Positions 43,302-43,993 of a DNA stretch of 43,993 nucleotides are shown one piece after another. This DNA is from an uncultured Verrucomicrobiota bacterium (GTDB taxonomy: Bacteria; Verrucomicrobiota; Verrucomicrobiia; Limisphaerales; JAJXZI01), in contig CAINDV010000247.1 of NCBI GenBank assembly GCA_903847485.1, forward strand, positions 1-43,993, in the 5' to 3' direction. The stretch's first letter is position 1, and each line of letters opens with the position of its first letter. The translations under genes were made by a program, and so were the position numbers. The notes beneath the pieces are model-generated. The model was not told the DNA's origin, ran no database searches, and was given only the letters and a program-made list of their open reading frames with translations.

Positions 43302-43993
43302 ATGTTGACGACACTGCGCATTAAAAACCTCGCCTTGGTGGAAGACCTGACGTTGGACCTCCAACCCGGCTACAACGCCATCACCGGCGAAACCGGCGCC
43401 GGCAAGTCCATCCTCATCGGCGCGCTGGGCCTCGTGCTCGGCGAGCGCGCCGCCCGCACGCTCATCCGCGCCGGCTGCGAAAGTTGCACCGTGGAAGCCG
43501 TCTTCGCGGTGAAGTCAGCCCTCGACACTCGACCTTCGACCTTCGACGCTGGGCCCCTGGCCAGCTTCCTCGACGCCAACGGCCTGGAACCGTGCGAGGA
43601 AGACCGCCTCCTGCTCAAGCGCACCTTCACCGCCGCGGGCGCGAACCGCCAGTTCATCAACGGCTCCCCCGCCACGCTAGCCCAACTCGCCGCCGTCGGC
43701 GAATGGCTCGTGGACATCCACGGCCCGCACGATCACCAATCGCTCCTTCACCCCGCCCGCCAGCTTGCGATCCTCGACGCCTTCGGGCGCCTGGAACCGC
43801 AGCGCGAAGCCTTCACCCAACTTGTCCGCCGCCGCGCCGCGCTCGAAGCCGAGAAGGCCGCGCTCATCGTGGACGAAAAGACTTACGCCCAGCAGCTTGA
43901 CCTGCTCCGCCATCAGACCCGCGAAATCTCCGCCGCCCGCCTCAGCCCCGACGAGGAAGCTGGCATCGTCGCGGAACACCAGCGCGCCAGCAA
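43302..43993 (+). CDS. recN: DNA repair protein RecN, N-terminal part (runs off the window end)
   Basis: This is my own translation from the ATG at 43302: MLTTLRIKNLALVEDLTLDLQPGYNAITGETGAGKSILIGALGLVLGERA... (Walker A GETGAGKS) ...FINGSPATLAQLAAVGEWLVDIHGPHDHQSLL. It is open to the last base, so it is absent from the ORF track. Confidence 0.9.
   Translation, partial: MLTTLRIKNLALVEDLTLDLQPGYNAITGETGAGKSILIGALGLVLGERAARTLIRAGCESCTVEAVFAVKSALDTRPSTFDAGPLASFLDANGLEPCEEDRLLLKRTFTAAGANRQFINGSPATLAQLAAVGEWLVDIHGPHDHQSLLHPARQLAILDAFGRLEPQREAFTQLVRRRAALEAEKAALIVDEKTYAQQLDLLRHQTREISAARLSPDEEAGIVAEHQRAS

Overview
High-GC (~60%) bacterial chromosomal segment. It looks like the PVC superphylum, most likely Verrucomicrobiota. 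Supporting traits: three prepilin-type N-terminal-methylation / H-X9-DG proteins, two giant autotransporter-associated beta-strand-repeat proteins, formylglycine-type sulfatases and a TAT-signal Gfo/Idh/MocA oxidoreductase.

Layout:
(i) 0.3-3.7 kb: a LamG-domain remnant and an intact SF2 DEAD/DEAH helicase (DUF3516/SftH-like).
(ii) 3.8-10.8 kb: a defence-island-like block. It holds a tightly overlapping five-gene minus-strand operon (dcm, GHKL/MORC-like ATPase, 258-aa orphan, 241-aa orphan, vsr). Next come a VapBC-type (PIN/AbrB) toxin-antitoxin pair and a chimeric pseudogene. That pseudogene is a diverged, internally deleted second copy of the helicase 5' end fused to an ORF6N-like C-terminal remnant.
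(iii) 11.2-30.3 kb: a glycan-utilisation-like locus. It has a propeller/Y_Y_Y sensor histidine kinase, a NarL/LuxR response regulator, two giant secreted beta-strand-repeat proteins, two pseudopilin-like proteins, a decayed GH8-like remnant, two sulfatases and a GH2 glycosidase.
(iv) 30.3-36 kb: a truncated IS4-family transposase, an HD-domain protein, cysE, a third pseudopilin-like gene and a secreted Ig-like protein.
(v) 36-44 kb: housekeeping-type genes (TIM-barrel isomerase, Gfo/Idh/MocA, trxB, a TIGR03790-like/TPR protein, an MBL hydrolase, and the recN 5' part running off the window).

No rRNA, tRNA or CRISPR array was seen.

The best candidate for an undescribed system is the dcm...vsr operon. 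Its three internal genes (a Bergerat-fold ATPase plus two orphans) are not a restriction module I can recognise.

Other points worth a second look:
- a conserved ~46-nt box upstream of the response regulator and both giant genes;
- a recurrent C-terminal F-Y/F-R tail module on secreted proteins;
- a ~450-bp nested palindrome with heptamer arrays in the MBL/recN divergent intergenic region;
- REP-like palindrome clusters embedded in frame in the helicase CDS.

All homology calls are motif recognition by eye from the translations. No searches were run, and start codons are approximate where noted.
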